Shown piece after piece: positions 1 to 12,140 of a stretch of 64,000 nucleotides of DNA (the stretch's first letter is position 1; every line of letters begins with the position of its first letter). Source of the DNA: Macrostomum lignano (taxonomy: Eukaryota); contig NIVC01000037.1 in the NCBI GenBank assembly GCA_002269645.1, positions 1,335,121-1,399,120 of the forward strand. The letters run 5' to 3'. Below the pieces are notes generated by a model. It was not told where the DNA came from. It did not search any database and saw nothing but the letters and a program-made list of their open reading frames with translations. Both the position numbers and the translations under genes were made by a program.

Positions 1-582
1 CAGCGTGCGAGCCTGTTCGTCTGCCCGTCTGCGCCGCGGCACGTCAGGTCCGCTGGGATGTCGGCCGGCACAGTCAGCACCTTGGTCTTCAGCGTGTTGA
101 CGATCAGACCGACGCTCGATGCCACCTCGACCAGCCTGTCGATCTGGCGCTGGGCGCCTTCAACGGACGAGGACAGGAGGGCGAGGTCGTCGGCGTAGCC
201 AAGCACGCTTAGGCGCTTTTCGCCGTGGCGGTGACCGATGCGTCTGCGCAGCAGGAAGCCGTCGTCAGCCGAGGGGAGTGCGGTTCGAAGCACCCAGTCC
301 AGCAGCAGCGATAAGAGGAACGGTGCTAGCGTGTCGCCCTGTAGAACTCCTGATGAAGTGTCGAATAGGTCAGACAGGCCGTTCGCCGTCATCACAGCAG
401 CTCGAGTGTCGCAATACTGCAGCGCCATGACAGCGTCGATTAGCTGCTGGGGTACCCGGTAGGCTCGAAGGACGAAGGGAAGCGTGGTTCTCAACACCGA
501 GTCAAACGCCTTTCGAAAGTCAACGAAGACAATGATCATAGACTGGCGGATGCGCGCCTCCTCGATGACACGGCGGAGTGCG
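1..582 (-). mobile_element. Non-LTR retrotransposon (RTE-like) reverse transcriptase fragment, runs off window start
   Basis: Minus-frame translation ALRRVIEEARIRQSMIIVFVDFRKAFDSV...SSGVLQGDTLAPFLL...LGYADDLALLSS; YADD at 197-186. Homologous to the copy at 10406-12140. Homology stops at ~582 where a 30-bp array begins. Confidence 0.92.
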
Positions 583-591
583 CCCCCACAC

Positions 592-720
592 CTCAGTGTT
601 CCACTGTCGCCCCCACAGTCCCTCAGTGTGCCACTGTCGCCCCCACAGCCCCTCAGTGTGCCACTGTCGCCCCCACAGTCCCTCAGTGTGGCACTGTCGC
701 CCTTCACCACAGCCCCTCAG
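592..720. repeat. 30-bp minisatellite (CCCCACAGTCCCTCAGTGTGCCACTGTCGC), ~4 copies
   Basis: Direct reading of the periodicity; explains ORFs 484..768 and 520..723. Confidence 0.9.
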
Positions 721-1397
721 CATGCCATTATCACCCTACAAGCGATATTAATAAATATCTGTGACTAACGATTCACGCATTGCAGAACACATTAGATTCA
801 ATTAACAGTTGCCTGGCAAACAAAAGCTGGAAAATGCTTGAATAAGCGAGATTTTGTATTCATGGGCCCTGCAAACTTGCAGGCGCACCAACAGGTCGCT
901 GACTGTAGCGCAATGTCACTGCTTGAGGCCTGCATTCAGTCTCTAACAGGCTATATAAATATGACTAACCGAACAAGGAGGAACGGCAGCGCGAAAAAGT
1001 GAAGATGCAAACTGCAGTTCCTGCCTAAAATTTTGTTACACTTCACATTTGTCGAGAAATTCAATATAAAAATAACACTGAGTTCGCTTTTTTGATTCCT
1101 GGGCAATCTGTGTGGTTGGGGTCTGGGGGAGGGGGCTTTTGCATTTTGGATATTTCTATTTCCTATACTGTGGAAACTTGATTCAAGTTCTCTCAGTCAT
1201 TTTTCCTTATTTTGCGGGGGCAGAGTTTATCGAGAAACTGAGCCATAGTGTTTAAACAAGCTAAGAAACAGTTTTTTTTCCGGAAAAGCATGACTCTGTC
1301 ACTTTCTACAAGTATCTTTAGTCTTAAAGTTCTGTTTTACGTAGGCGGATTGGAAATGGACTTGGGGTTCCTCCAGAGTAGATTCCACAGCTCCGTC

Positions 1398-2064
1398 CAT
1401 GGAGTAGATTGTGGGTTCCACAACAGCTCGGGTCATGGAGTAGATTGTGTGTTCCACAACAGCTCGGGTCAGGGAGTAGATTGTGTGTTCCACAACAGCT
1501 CGGGTCATGGAGTAGATTGTGTGTTCCACAACAGCTCGGGCCATGGAGTAGATTGTGTGTTCCACAACAGCTCGGGTCAGGGAGTAGATTGTGTGTTCCA
1601 CAACAACTCGGGTCAGGGAGTAGATTGTGGGTTCCACAACAGCTCGGGTCAGGGAGTAGATTGTGTGTTCCACAACAGCTCGGGTCATGGAGTAGATTGT
1701 GGGTTCCACAACAGCTCGGGTCTTGGAGTAGATTGTGGGTTCCACAACAGCTCGGGTCAGGGAGTAGATTGTGGGTTCCACAACAGCTCGGGTCAGGGAG
1801 TAGATTGTGGGTTCCACAACAGCTCGGGTCATGGAGTAGATTGTGTGTTCCACAACAGCTCGGGTCAGGGAGTAGATTGTGTGTTCCACAACAGCTCGGG
1901 CCATGGAGTAGATTGTGTGTTCCACAACAGCTCGGGCCATGGAGTAGATTGTGTGTTCCACAACAGCTCGGGTCAGGGAGTAGATTGTGGGTTCCACAAC
2001 AGCTCGGGCCATGGAGTAGATTGTGTGTTCCACAACAGCTCGGGTCATGGAGTAGATTGTCACT
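1398..2064. repeat. 36-bp minisatellite, ~18 copies, internal hairpin TTGTGG-GTT-CCACAA
   Basis: Unit CATGGAGTAGATTGTGGGTTCCACAACAGCTCGGGT, head-to-tail with no spacers; explains the HGVDCGFHNSSG ORFs. Confidence 0.95.
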
Positions 2065-2452
2065 AAGATATTAGAACAGAGAAAACTACCTTCAAATTCA
2101 TAGGTTTAATTGAAAATCTCATTATAAGATTAACGCATAGTAGCTATCAAATTGTAATCTCCGAGTTCAGCAAAGTAATATATCTGGCTTTGAAATCTTC
2201 AGAGTCGTGGATTATTCAAATGTAAAATATTTCATAACAGATTTTGGTGTTTTTATTGAACTTCACAATTATTTTCTGCTGATGTTTTTAAAACCATTTT
2301 TCATGTTTATTTCAGTATGCAATTTGATATTTAATTAAAGATTTAAAACGAACAAATTATGGAAAAACTTTAACCCGCAACAAATGGCAAGTGAGGAGGA
2401 CTTTCTCTTGGATTTCTTAGAATCCTTCATAGCAACAGGCCAGTTGCCAGGG

Positions 2453-2657
2453 TCAACATCTGCGACTTTGCCCGCCCCGCTGCTCTCGGTGCACATCGAA
2501 GCAGGCCAGGTTCTCCCCTGTCAGCGGGTTGCCCGGCACACCGTTTGGCGACGATGGAGGGCAGAGGCTGGAACGCTGCTTGCCGCCGAGGCTGAGGGTG
2601 AACTGCTGGCAGCCCTCGCCTGTCACCGGGTTGCAGCCACCTGGAATTGGAGACGCC

Positions 2658-2718
<61 letters not shown>

Positions 2719-2739
2719 GTCTGTCTGTCTGTCTGTCTC

Positions 2740-2828
<89 letters not shown>

Positions 2829-2871
2829 GTGTCTGTCTGTCTGTCTGTCTGTCTCTCTGTCTGTCTGTCTC

Positions 2872-2964
<93 letters not shown>

Positions 2965-2991
2965 GTGTCTGTCTGTCTGTCTGTCTGTCTC

Positions 2992-3024
<33 letters not shown>

Positions 3025-3025
3025 G

Positions 3026-3072
<47 letters not shown>

Positions 3073-3110
3073 CTGTCTGTGTGCCTGTCTGTCTGTCTGT
3101 CTACCTGTCC

Positions 3111-3160
<50 letters not shown>

Positions 3161-3245
3161 GTACCTGTCTGTCCGTCTGTCTGTCTGTCTGTCTGTCTGT
3201 GTACCTGTCTGTCCGTCTGTCTGTCTGTCTGTCTGTGTGTCTGTG

Positions 3246-3276
<31 letters not shown>

Positions 3277-3294
3277 GTGTCTGTCTGTCTGTCC

Positions 3295-3334
<40 letters not shown>

Positions 3335-6300
3335 GCCTGTCCGTCTGTCTGCCTGTGTGTCTGTGTGTCTGTGTGTCTGTGTGTCTGTCTGTCTGTGTGT
3401 CTGTCTGTGTGTCTGTCTGTCTGTCTGTCTCTCAGCCTAGCCTCCAATATTTAATTTTCCCGATAAGCAGCTCATCTTACCAATCGGTTGAGTCCGTCGG
3501 TGCTTCTCTTCAGCGCTAATCGCGAATCCCTGGCAGTTCTCCCCGGTCAGGGGATTTCTGACTGAATCTGCAGAGTCACAGTTGTGCCATTTTCAGAATT
3601 TCAGCTTTTACGCTGGCCATGCTGTAAATATGGAGACCCTCGAAAATCTCATATCCAGACTCTCCACTATCTAGTACCTCACGTAAAGACTCTAACCTAA
3701 ATTCTGTCACCAATTCTGTAAGATTCTCGTTCTAAAAACTTTCACTCTAGAGACTCCCATGCTGCAAAATGTCACTCTAGAGACTCCCATGCTGCAAAAT
3801 GTCACTCTGGAGACTCTCGGGCTGCAAAATGTCACTCTGGAGACTCTTGGGCTGCAAAATGTCACTCTAGAGACTCTCCATACTGCAAAATGTCACTCTA
3901 GAGACTCTCCATACCGCAAAATGTCACTCTAGAGACTCCCCATACCGCAAAATGTCACTCTAGAGACTCTCCATACTGCAAAATGTCACTCTAGTGACTC
4001 CCAGGCTGCAAAATGTCACTTTAGTGACTCCCAGGCTGCAAAATGCCACTCTAGAGACTCCCCATACTGCAAAATGTCACTCTAGAGACTCTTGGGCTGC
4101 AAAATGTCACTCTAGAGACTCTCCATACTGCAAAATGTCACTCTAGAGACTCTCCATACCGCAAAATGTCACTCTAGAGACTCCCCATACCGCAAAATGT
4201 CACTCTAGAGACTCTCCATACTGCAAAATGTCACTCTAGTGACTCCCAGGCTGCAAAATGTCACTTTAGTGACTCCCAGGCTGCAAAATGCCACTCTAGA
4301 GACTCTTGGGCTGCAAAATGTCACTCTAGAGACTCTCCATACCGCAAAATGTCACTCTAGAGACTCCCCATACCGCAAAATGTCACTCTAGAGACTCTTC
4401 ATACTGCAAAATGTCACTCTAGTGACTCTCAGGCTGCAAAATGTCACTCTAGTGACTCCCAGGCTGCAAAATGTCACTCTAGAGACTCTCCATACTGCAA
4501 AATGTCACTCTAGTGACTCCCAGGCTGCAAAATGTCACTTTAGTGACTCCCAGGCTGCAAAATGCCACTCTAGAGACTCTTGGGCTGCAAAATGTCACTC
4601 TGGAGACTCTCACCACTTGAAATGACGGCGGGTTGTCTCTCCCGAAATTCGGCGCAGTTATAGCTGTAAGTTGCGCAGTTTGCCCCTGTCACCGGGTTGG
4701 TCGCAACAACCCGCCGGTCGGAACTGGTGCCCACACTGGGGTCACTGGTGACGCAATTCTCACCTGTCAGCGGATTTCCACCTAGTTTTTTGGCAAAAAG
4801 CATTGTTTTATTATTGTTGCAATAATTCTAGACACGCTACTTTACGAGCGTAAGTAGTCTATAAAGCGCATTTTTTCATTCACCGGAAACACGTTTATTG
4901 CCAGATTTATATCGCCACTCGTTGAGCTTCTCAGAAATTGAGTAGCTGCTGCAGTTCTTTCCGGTCAGCGGGTTCGAAGCGGCATCTACAGTGTATGCGT
5001 GTTAATCGAAAATTAGTTGACGGTAACAGTACACTTGTATCCTGAATCTGCCATGTACATGTATTTTTCGAAAAACTTGTGCCCCAAAATCCAAAATCCA
5101 AAATCCCAAATCCTGAATCCCAAACCCTAAATCCCAAATCCTAAATCGCAAATCCTGAATCCCAAATCCTGAATCCCAAATCCTGAATCCTAAATTCTCA
5201 ATCCCAAATCCAAAATCCCAAATCCTTAATTCCAAATAATGAATCCCAGATACTGACTCTCAAATCCTAACCCTAAATCCCAAACCCTAAATCCAAAATC
5301 CTGAATTTCAAATCCCAAATCCTGAATCCCAAATCCTGAATCCCAAATCCCAAATCCTAAATCCCAAATCCTGAATCCCAAATCCTGAATCCTGAATCCC
5401 AAATCCTGAATCCTGAATCCCAAATCCAAATCCTAAATCCCAAATCCTAAATCCCAAATCCTGAATCCCAAATCCTAAATCCCAAATCCTTAATCCCTAA
5501 TTCAAGGTCGGACCACCTGGTTAAAAAGACTACCACAACGTACCGCTCTCTGTCCGCCTCCCAGAGTTTGTTGTCTTCATCTCGTGATTGATTTCATAGC
5601 TGGAAACTCCGTCTCCGGTCAGCGGGTTGGCCCTGCTGTGTTGCCGCTCTGAGGGTCAGCCGCCAGTTGTATTTGACTCATGAAATCGACTCGCGTCTTC
5701 GATCGTGTTTCTCGTGACTTTTATTTATTGTACATTTTGTGTATTGATCAATCTCAACCCCTCACCATTCACCCGCTGAATATTTATTGTCAGAAAATTT
5801 AAATTCGCGCCAAGGCAAGGTCAGAGGGCGAAATCAGGCAATCGCAACCCGATTCATCAACCAAACCCCAAACTCTCAGCCAATCGCAACCCTCATCAAC
5901 CGAACCCCAAACTCTCTCAGCCAATCGCAACCCCTCATCAACCGATCCCCAAATTCTCAACCAATCGCAACCAAATTTATCACCCAAACCCCAAACTCTC
6001 AGCCAATGGCAACCCTTCACCAACCAAACTGCAAACTATCAGCCAATTGCAACCCTTCATCAACCAAACCCCAAACTCTCTCAGCCAATCGCAACCCTTC
6101 ACGAACAAAACCCTCAGCCAATCGCAACCCAATTCAACAACCAAACCCCAAAGTCCCAACAAATCGCAATCCTTCATCAACCAAACCCAAAACTCTCAGC
6201 CAATCGCAACCCCTCATTAACCGAACTCCAAACTCTATGCCAATCGCAACCCCTCATTGTAGTGCTCATGCGAGCCCAATTTATATGTACATCGGCCTTG

Positions 6301-9300
6301 CGTACAATTCATGCACTTCAAGTGCGGCGATTCTCCACCCCCCACTCTGGTGGCGTGATTTTATTCCATAGTCTGAAAATAAATAAATATCGATCAGCCC
6401 ACCTAGCAGGGCTTCACCTTTCGTCTCAGCACACTCCGGCTCTTCTTACTATAGCCATTACACTTATCAACCAGACCTAAACTCCCAGCCAATCGCAACC
6501 CCTCCAATCTCACCATTGGTCAGCGGCCTCTGCCTGTCAGCATATCCGTATATCGGATCCCACTCAACTCCAAAATCGCCACTCCCAGATATGATGTCTC
6601 TATGAGCTGAAATGGGAAATTAGTTGCTGCGCAAATTTGTTCTTTTTCGTTTTTTTCTCTGCACCTGCCCAACCCCGTCCCCCTGAAAACACACCTTGTT
6701 GGATCCGTGTCTTCCCAGGCCGCCCGTTGGGCCGCAGATCTTCGGGATAATCCGCAGAGCCGCCACTCAGATTCAGCGGGCTGTCAGCTGCGAGTCGGAG
6801 AGGGTGGATAAAATTATGGGTTTCACTGGCCCATTCTCAATGCTCTTGAATTTATGGGAACTCTAAGTAGAGATTTTAGATACTTTTTTGAGTAGCTCTC
6901 TTGGGAAACCGCAAATGGGATCTTCGGTAACCAACAGATGGCATCTTCGGTAAGCAACAGATGGCATCTTCGGTAAGCAACAGATGGGATCTTTTGAAAC
7001 TACAGATGGAATCTTTGGAAACAACAGATGGGATCTGCGGAAGCTACAGATCGAATCTGCGGGAACTACAGATGGGATCTTTGGAAACAACAGATGGGAT
7101 CTGCGGAAGCTACAGATAGAATCTGCGGAAACTACATATGGGATCTTTGGAAACCACAGATGGGATCTGCGGAAGCTACAGATAGAATCTGCGGGAACTA
7201 CAGATGGAGTCTTCGGAAACCGCAAACGGGATCTTTGGAAACCACAGATGGGATCTTCGGTAACCAACAGATGGGATCTATGGAAACTACAGATGGGATC
7301 TTCGGTAACCAACAGATGGGATCTTTGGAAACTACAGATTGGATCTGCGGAAGCTACAGATAGAATCTGCGGAAACTACAGATGGGATCTTTGGAAACCA
7401 CAGATGGGATCTTGGAATCCCCAAATTTGGGAACCGGCAAAATGACCCCTCGCCTGACTCACAGTCCTTCCTTTTCGAATCCACCCGAGAGAACAGCTTC
7501 ACCTCGGCTCCAAGATTTCCCTCTCCCAGAATAGGATTCCGATCGTCTGCAAGTTGAAGAAATGTTTGGTTACCTCTTTCAGTTGACAATTGGAAATTTT
7601 AGGTTGAAGCATTCAAAATTTTAGCAGATGAAGCCATAAGAGCTTGGGCAATCAAAAACACCCTTGCCTCATACTACTAAGTAAGTAGCTTAAATGTTTT
7701 ACTTTGAATTTCTTTCAAAAGTAGACAGGGGGCTAGCAGGGGACAACAGGGGGCTAGCAGGGGACAACAGGGGGCTAGCAGGGGACAACAGGGAGCTAGC
7801 AAGGGACAACAGGGGGCTAGCAGGGGACAGGGGGGCTAGCATGGGACAACAGGGAGCTAGCAAGGGACAGAGGGCTAACAGGGGACAGGGGGCTAGCAAG
7901 GGACAGGAAGCTAGCAGGGACAACAACAGAGGGCTAGCAAGGGACAACAGGGGGCTAGCAAGGGACAACAGAGGGCTAGCGGTGGACAGGGGGGGCTAGC
8001 AGGGGACAGGGGGGCTAGCAGGGGACAACAGGGGGCTAGCAGGGGACAACAGGGGGCTAGCAGGGGACAGGGGGGGGCTAGCAGGGGACAGGGGGGGGGC
8101 TAGCAGGGGACAGGGTGGGCTAGCAGGGGACAGGGGCTAGCGGTGGACAGGGGGCTAGCAGGGGACAGGGGGCTAGCAGGGGACAGGGGCTAGCAGGGAA
8201 CAGGGGGCTAGCAGGGGACAGGGGGCTAGCAGGGGACAGGGGGCTAGCAGGGAACAGGGGGCTAGCAGGGGACAACAGGGGGCTAGCAGGGGACAGGGGG
8301 CTAGCAGGGAACAGGGGCTAGCAGGGGACAACAGGGGGCTAGCAGGGGACAGGGGGGCTAGCAGGGACAGGGGGGGGGGCTAGCAGGGGACAGGGGGGCT
8401 AGCAGGGGACAGGGGCTAGCGGGGACAGGGGGCTAGCAGGGGACAGGGGGCTAGCAGGGGACAGGGGCTAGCAGGGAACAGGGGGCTAGCAGGGGACAAC
8501 AGGGGGCTAGCAGGGGACAGGGGGCTAGCAGGGAACAGGGGGCTAGCAGGGGACAACAGGGGGCTAGCAGGGGACAGGGGGCTAGCAGGGAACAGGGGCT
8601 AGCAGGGGACAACAGGGGGCTAGCAGGGGACAGGGGGCTAGCAGGGAACAGGGGCTAGCAGGGGACAACAGGGGGCTAGCAGGGGACAGGGGGCTAGCAG
8701 GGACAGGGGCTAGCAGGGGACAACAGGGGGCTAGCAGGGGACAACAGGGGGCTAGCAGGGGACAGGGGGCTAGCAGGGGACAGGGGGCTAGCAGGGGACA
8801 ACAGGGGCTAGCAGGGGACAGGGGGCTAGCAGGGGACGGGGGCTAGCAGGGGACAACAGGGGCTAGCAGGGGACAAGGGGCTAGCAGGGGACAACAGGGG
8901 GCTAGCAGGGGACAGGGGGCTAGCGGGGACAGGGGCTAGCAGGGGACAGGGGGCTAGCAGGGGACAGGGGCTAGCAGGGGACAGGGGGGCTAGCAGGGGA
9001 CAGGGGGCTAGCAGGGGACAGGGGGCTAGCAGGGGACAACAGTGGGCTAGCAGGGGACAGGAGGGGGGCAATGAGTAGAAAATAAAAAGCAAGGAAACGA
9101 GTCAGTCAGTTGAAGAAAACATTGAAACTACATAAAACTGCAGTGTCGCAGAAGTGAGAATTTCTCTCAGCATATTTTATTGTATTATCGCCCGCGCGCT
9201 CACCCCGCTCTCGAGTGGCCCTTTTTGTCCGCTCCTGCTGATAGCCAAGTGTCAAACCGTTTTCCTCAGAAGGAGTCGCTGTCGCTTTCTTGTTGGTTAG

Positions 9301-9579
9301 GCCGGTGATGGGATTCCGATCCTGATCGATGGCTGCAGAGTTTAACGAGTAAAGGAATTAAAGAGAACTCTTGCTAATAAATATGAAAATGGGGGAAAGA
9401 CACATCCACATTGTAAATGCATATTTAATCTTTAATATTTAGCTTTCGTCAAAAGTTAGTCCAGTTTTAGTATATATTAGAGCTGCATAAGTAATATTAA
9501 TTACTATATGAAGCGGCTGTTTCTTATAATTAAACGCAATAAAAGACAAATGATTTAATTTACCTCGAGATCGGTTCAT
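2453..9579 (-). CDS. 10-exon gene encoding a ~354-aa NP[LIV]TG-repeat protein (putative microtubule-associated, Jupiter-like motif)
   Basis: Exons (minus): 9579-9564, 9332-9204, 7546-7463, 6787-6695, 6606-6514, 5648-5544, 4985-4884, 4781-4614, 3567-3481, 2640-2453. All introns GT-AG and phase 1; 1065 nt splices into one open frame: [16 protein letters not shown]...RNPILGEG...ANPLTGDG...SNPLTGKNC...GNPLTGENC...TNPVTGANC...RNPLTGENC...CNPVTGEGC...GNPLTGENL...RRC*. The function call is inference. Confidence 0.8.
2657..3432. repeat. (TCTG)n microsatellite in last intron of the NPxTG gene
   Basis: Direct reading; source of the SVCL/DRQT ORFs. Confidence 0.97.
3742..4610. repeat. 30-31-bp minisatellite (AGAGACTCCCATGCTGCAAAATGTCACTCT), ~28 copies, intronic
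   Basis: Direct reading; on the minus strand it starts immediately after the donor at 4613. Confidence 0.93.
5085..5495. repeat. 7-bp degenerate satellite (AAATCCC/GAATCCC/AAATCCT)
   Basis: Direct reading; intron between NPxTG exons 5648-5544 and 4985-4884. Confidence 0.9.
5830..6260. repeat. Degenerate ~45-50-bp array containing CAGCCAATCGCAACC
   Basis: Recurrent CCAATCGCAACC core followed by CATCAACC and AAACCCCAAACTCT; one extra copy at ~6485. Confidence 0.85.
6915..7412. repeat. 21-23-bp minisatellite (GGAAACTACAGATGGGATCT..)
   Basis: Direct reading; intronic. Confidence 0.9.
7729..9066. repeat. G-rich 18-22-bp minisatellite (GGGGGCTAGCAGGGGACA[ACA])
   Basis: Direct reading; two G-runs per unit (G-quadruplex potential) and a GCTAGC palindrome in each unit. 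Confidence 0.95.
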
Positions 9580-10345
9580 TTTCAATATCAGCGCGATGAT
9601 GGTTGTAAATGAAAAATTTACGAAGTATAGAACTTTTATACTGTATGGGGTCTTTTACAATTCTCTAAAACTGACACCTAGTAGTCTAGAAATTCTTATT
9701 TTATAGAGTTGAACCTCTAGCTCGTATATAAAGTATACACTTGGAAATAGTTCGTTTTTTTACAAAAATGTGCCGCTCTCTCGATTAATATTGGCTCACA
9801 ATTGGTTAGAGGTGAGAAAGGAGAAGTGTGAAAAAAAGCCTCATGCGGAGCACAGGGGGGGGGGGCGGCAGCAGTTGGAAAACTTTAACAGTGTGGCTTT
9901 GAGAGTGAGCTTCGCGGGAAACAGCTGGAGAGCAGGCTCTTACATGTACATGCGGTAATAGTGGTCTAGTGAAGGTACATGTTAGTTGGAGGAAGTGGAG
10001 ACTGCATGGGGAAACAACTAAATTATATGAGCTGCTACAGGCTTGGTATAATTGCTAGCTGCAATCGTGTCATTGAGTATAGTGAGTATAAAACTTTGAG
10101 CTCAGCTTTTCAGAATGTATATGTACATGTAAATACGCGCATGTAATACATGCAGATTTTGCTTTAAGAATTAAACATATTTATATGGCATGTTGAGTGC
10201 ATTTTCTTCCTAAAATTTTAAATTAATACACAGATTTTAGATTGTGTACATAAGTTCGTTCGGACATGTACATATATTTAGCCGCCTATTTTTAGTTCGA
10301 CAGCATTAATAACCTCAGATGCTTTTACGTACATCAAATCACCGG

Positions 10346-10346
<1 letters not shown>

Positions 10347-10405
<59 letters not shown>
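10347..10405. repeat. (CAA)n tract = (TTG)n 3' tail of the adjacent RTE-like element
   Basis: Lies directly downstream (minus sense) of the RT ORF stop; short-repeat tails are typical of RTE-clade elements. Confidence 0.85.
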
Positions 10406-12140
10406 GAATACGCGTTCAGCGTCACAGGGCGCGCTTCAAAGCCAGGTCGCGAATGAATGCCACGCCGCCGGCCGAATCCGGGGCGCCGGCGTCAGCCAGC
10501 AGGCAGTCGACGAAACGCCGAGTGCGCGTCTGCCCCCGCCGGTAGGGTGCCTGCAGCGTTAGCAGCAGCACCTCCTGCACCGGCTGTGGGCAGTACGACT
10601 CGGCGCGGATGATGTGGCCTGCCAGCTGGAGTCGCCGACGGCGCAACAGGTCGCTTGGACGGACCAGGCCGGCGCGGCGATATAAAGCCGCGCTGGTCAC
10701 TCGCTCGTAGCCGATCCTGAAGGCGGCGCGCAGCAGGCCAGCATGCGCCGCGTCAACTTGTTGTTCGAGCGACTCCGTCAGCGTCCAGGTCTCGACGTTG
10801 TACAGCAGGTCGGTCTCGATTACCGCCTGGAACAACGCTGCCTTCTGGCGGTCAGGTACCTGCAGGACTGCAGGACTGCCCTCACAGAACGAAAGGCAGC
10901 CCAGGCAAGCCCGCGGCGAAGCCGCAAATCCTCGCGGACGCCGGGAACCAGACTGCCGAGGTAGACGAACTGCTGACAACGCGGAAACTGTGTCGCCTGT
11001 CCATCAGCACCTCGACACAAAATCGCAGCCTTGATGTCGTCCGGCACGCAGAGCACGACGGTCCTCTGCGTGTTGACCACCAGGCCGACACTCGCCGCAA
11101 CAGCAACTAGCTTGTCCAGTTGTCGCTGGGCGCCATCGACAGTTGAGGACAGCAGGGCGGGGTCGTCGGCGTAGCCAAGCAGGCTGAGCCGACTCTCCGG
11201 TTGACGTCGACCCACGCGTCGCCGCAACAGAAAGCCGTCGTCGTTGGTAGGAAGAGTGGTCCGCAGCACCCAGTCAAGCATCAGAACGAACAGGAACGGC
11301 GCAGGCGTATCTTCTTGAAGCACTCCGGAGGATGTCTCAAAGAAGTCCGATAGGCCGTCCGGTGTTGAAACAGCAGCTTTCGGATCACGGTACATCGCCA
11401 TGATGGCAGAAATCAGCTACTCTGGCACGTTGTACGCACGGAGCATCTTTGGGAGCACAGATCTGGCGACCGAGTCGAATGCCTTGTTGAAATCTATGAA
11501 GATAACAATCAGGATCGACTGGCGTATCCGTACTTCCTCAATTACTCGCCGAAGAGCCAGGATCTGCGTCACTGTGCCGCGATGGGGCCGGAAGCCGTTC
11601 TGCTCAGGACGCAGGTACTGATTCAGCACGGGCTGCAACCACGATAGCAGAATCCGGTTGAATAACTTCGCAGCGCAGGACTGAAGGCAGATACCTCGAT
11701 GCTCCTCAAGCCTCGTGGTGCTCGGCTTCTTAGGAACTGCGACGATATGTGCGCCGTGATCCATTTGTTGGGTGCCTCCTCACCGAAGAGTACGCGATTC
11801 ATCACTCTGGCGACCTCACTGGCCACATAGTGGATGCACAGCGCCTCAATGGGCACCTCGTCCGGATTCAGCGCTTTCCCGCCCGGTGACTGTTGGGCGA
11901 GCCTCTCACAACGTTGGGTGTGCTGACTGGTACTAGGCTGAAGCTCTCTTCTGCCGGCAACGGCACCTCCGGCGACAGCGTCAGACTGTCTGGCAGCGGA
12001 TGTGGCGGCGTGTTGACAATGGCGGCGAAGAACTCACGCAGCTCGTTCCTGCGTTCGTCCGCGGTGTCGCCTGTCAGGTTTAGCGGAAAGCTTTCGCCCC
12101 GTCAAAGCATTGATAGCCGACCAGGCCACGCGGCTCTTAC
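10406..12140 (-). mobile_element. 5'-truncated, decayed RTE-like non-LTR retrotransposon (RT plus C-terminal region)
   Basis: Pieces in ORFs 11417..11764, 10820..11401, 10422..10979: VAVPKKP, EQNGFRPHRGT, FIDFNKAFDSV, SSGVLQEDT, LGYADD, YNVETWTL. Stop near 11417 and several frameshifts. Homology extends 5' to VRAAW..AINALTGRK at ~12140. Confidence 0.93.

Noticed and set aside
1398-2064. CRISPR-like 36-bp hairpin repeat
   Set aside because: Units are head-to-tail with no unique spacers, there are no cas genes, and the context is eukaryotic.
1248-3519. Long ORFs (272-356 aa) at 1248-2074 and 2384-3519
   Set aside because: They are translations of the 36-bp and (TCTG)n arrays, open on both strands. 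The unique part of 2384..3454 is antisense to a real exon.
6330-6375. Extra micro-exon of the NPxTG gene after acceptor TTTTCAG| at ~6372 (minus)
   Set aside because: No convincing phase-1 donor and no repeat motif.
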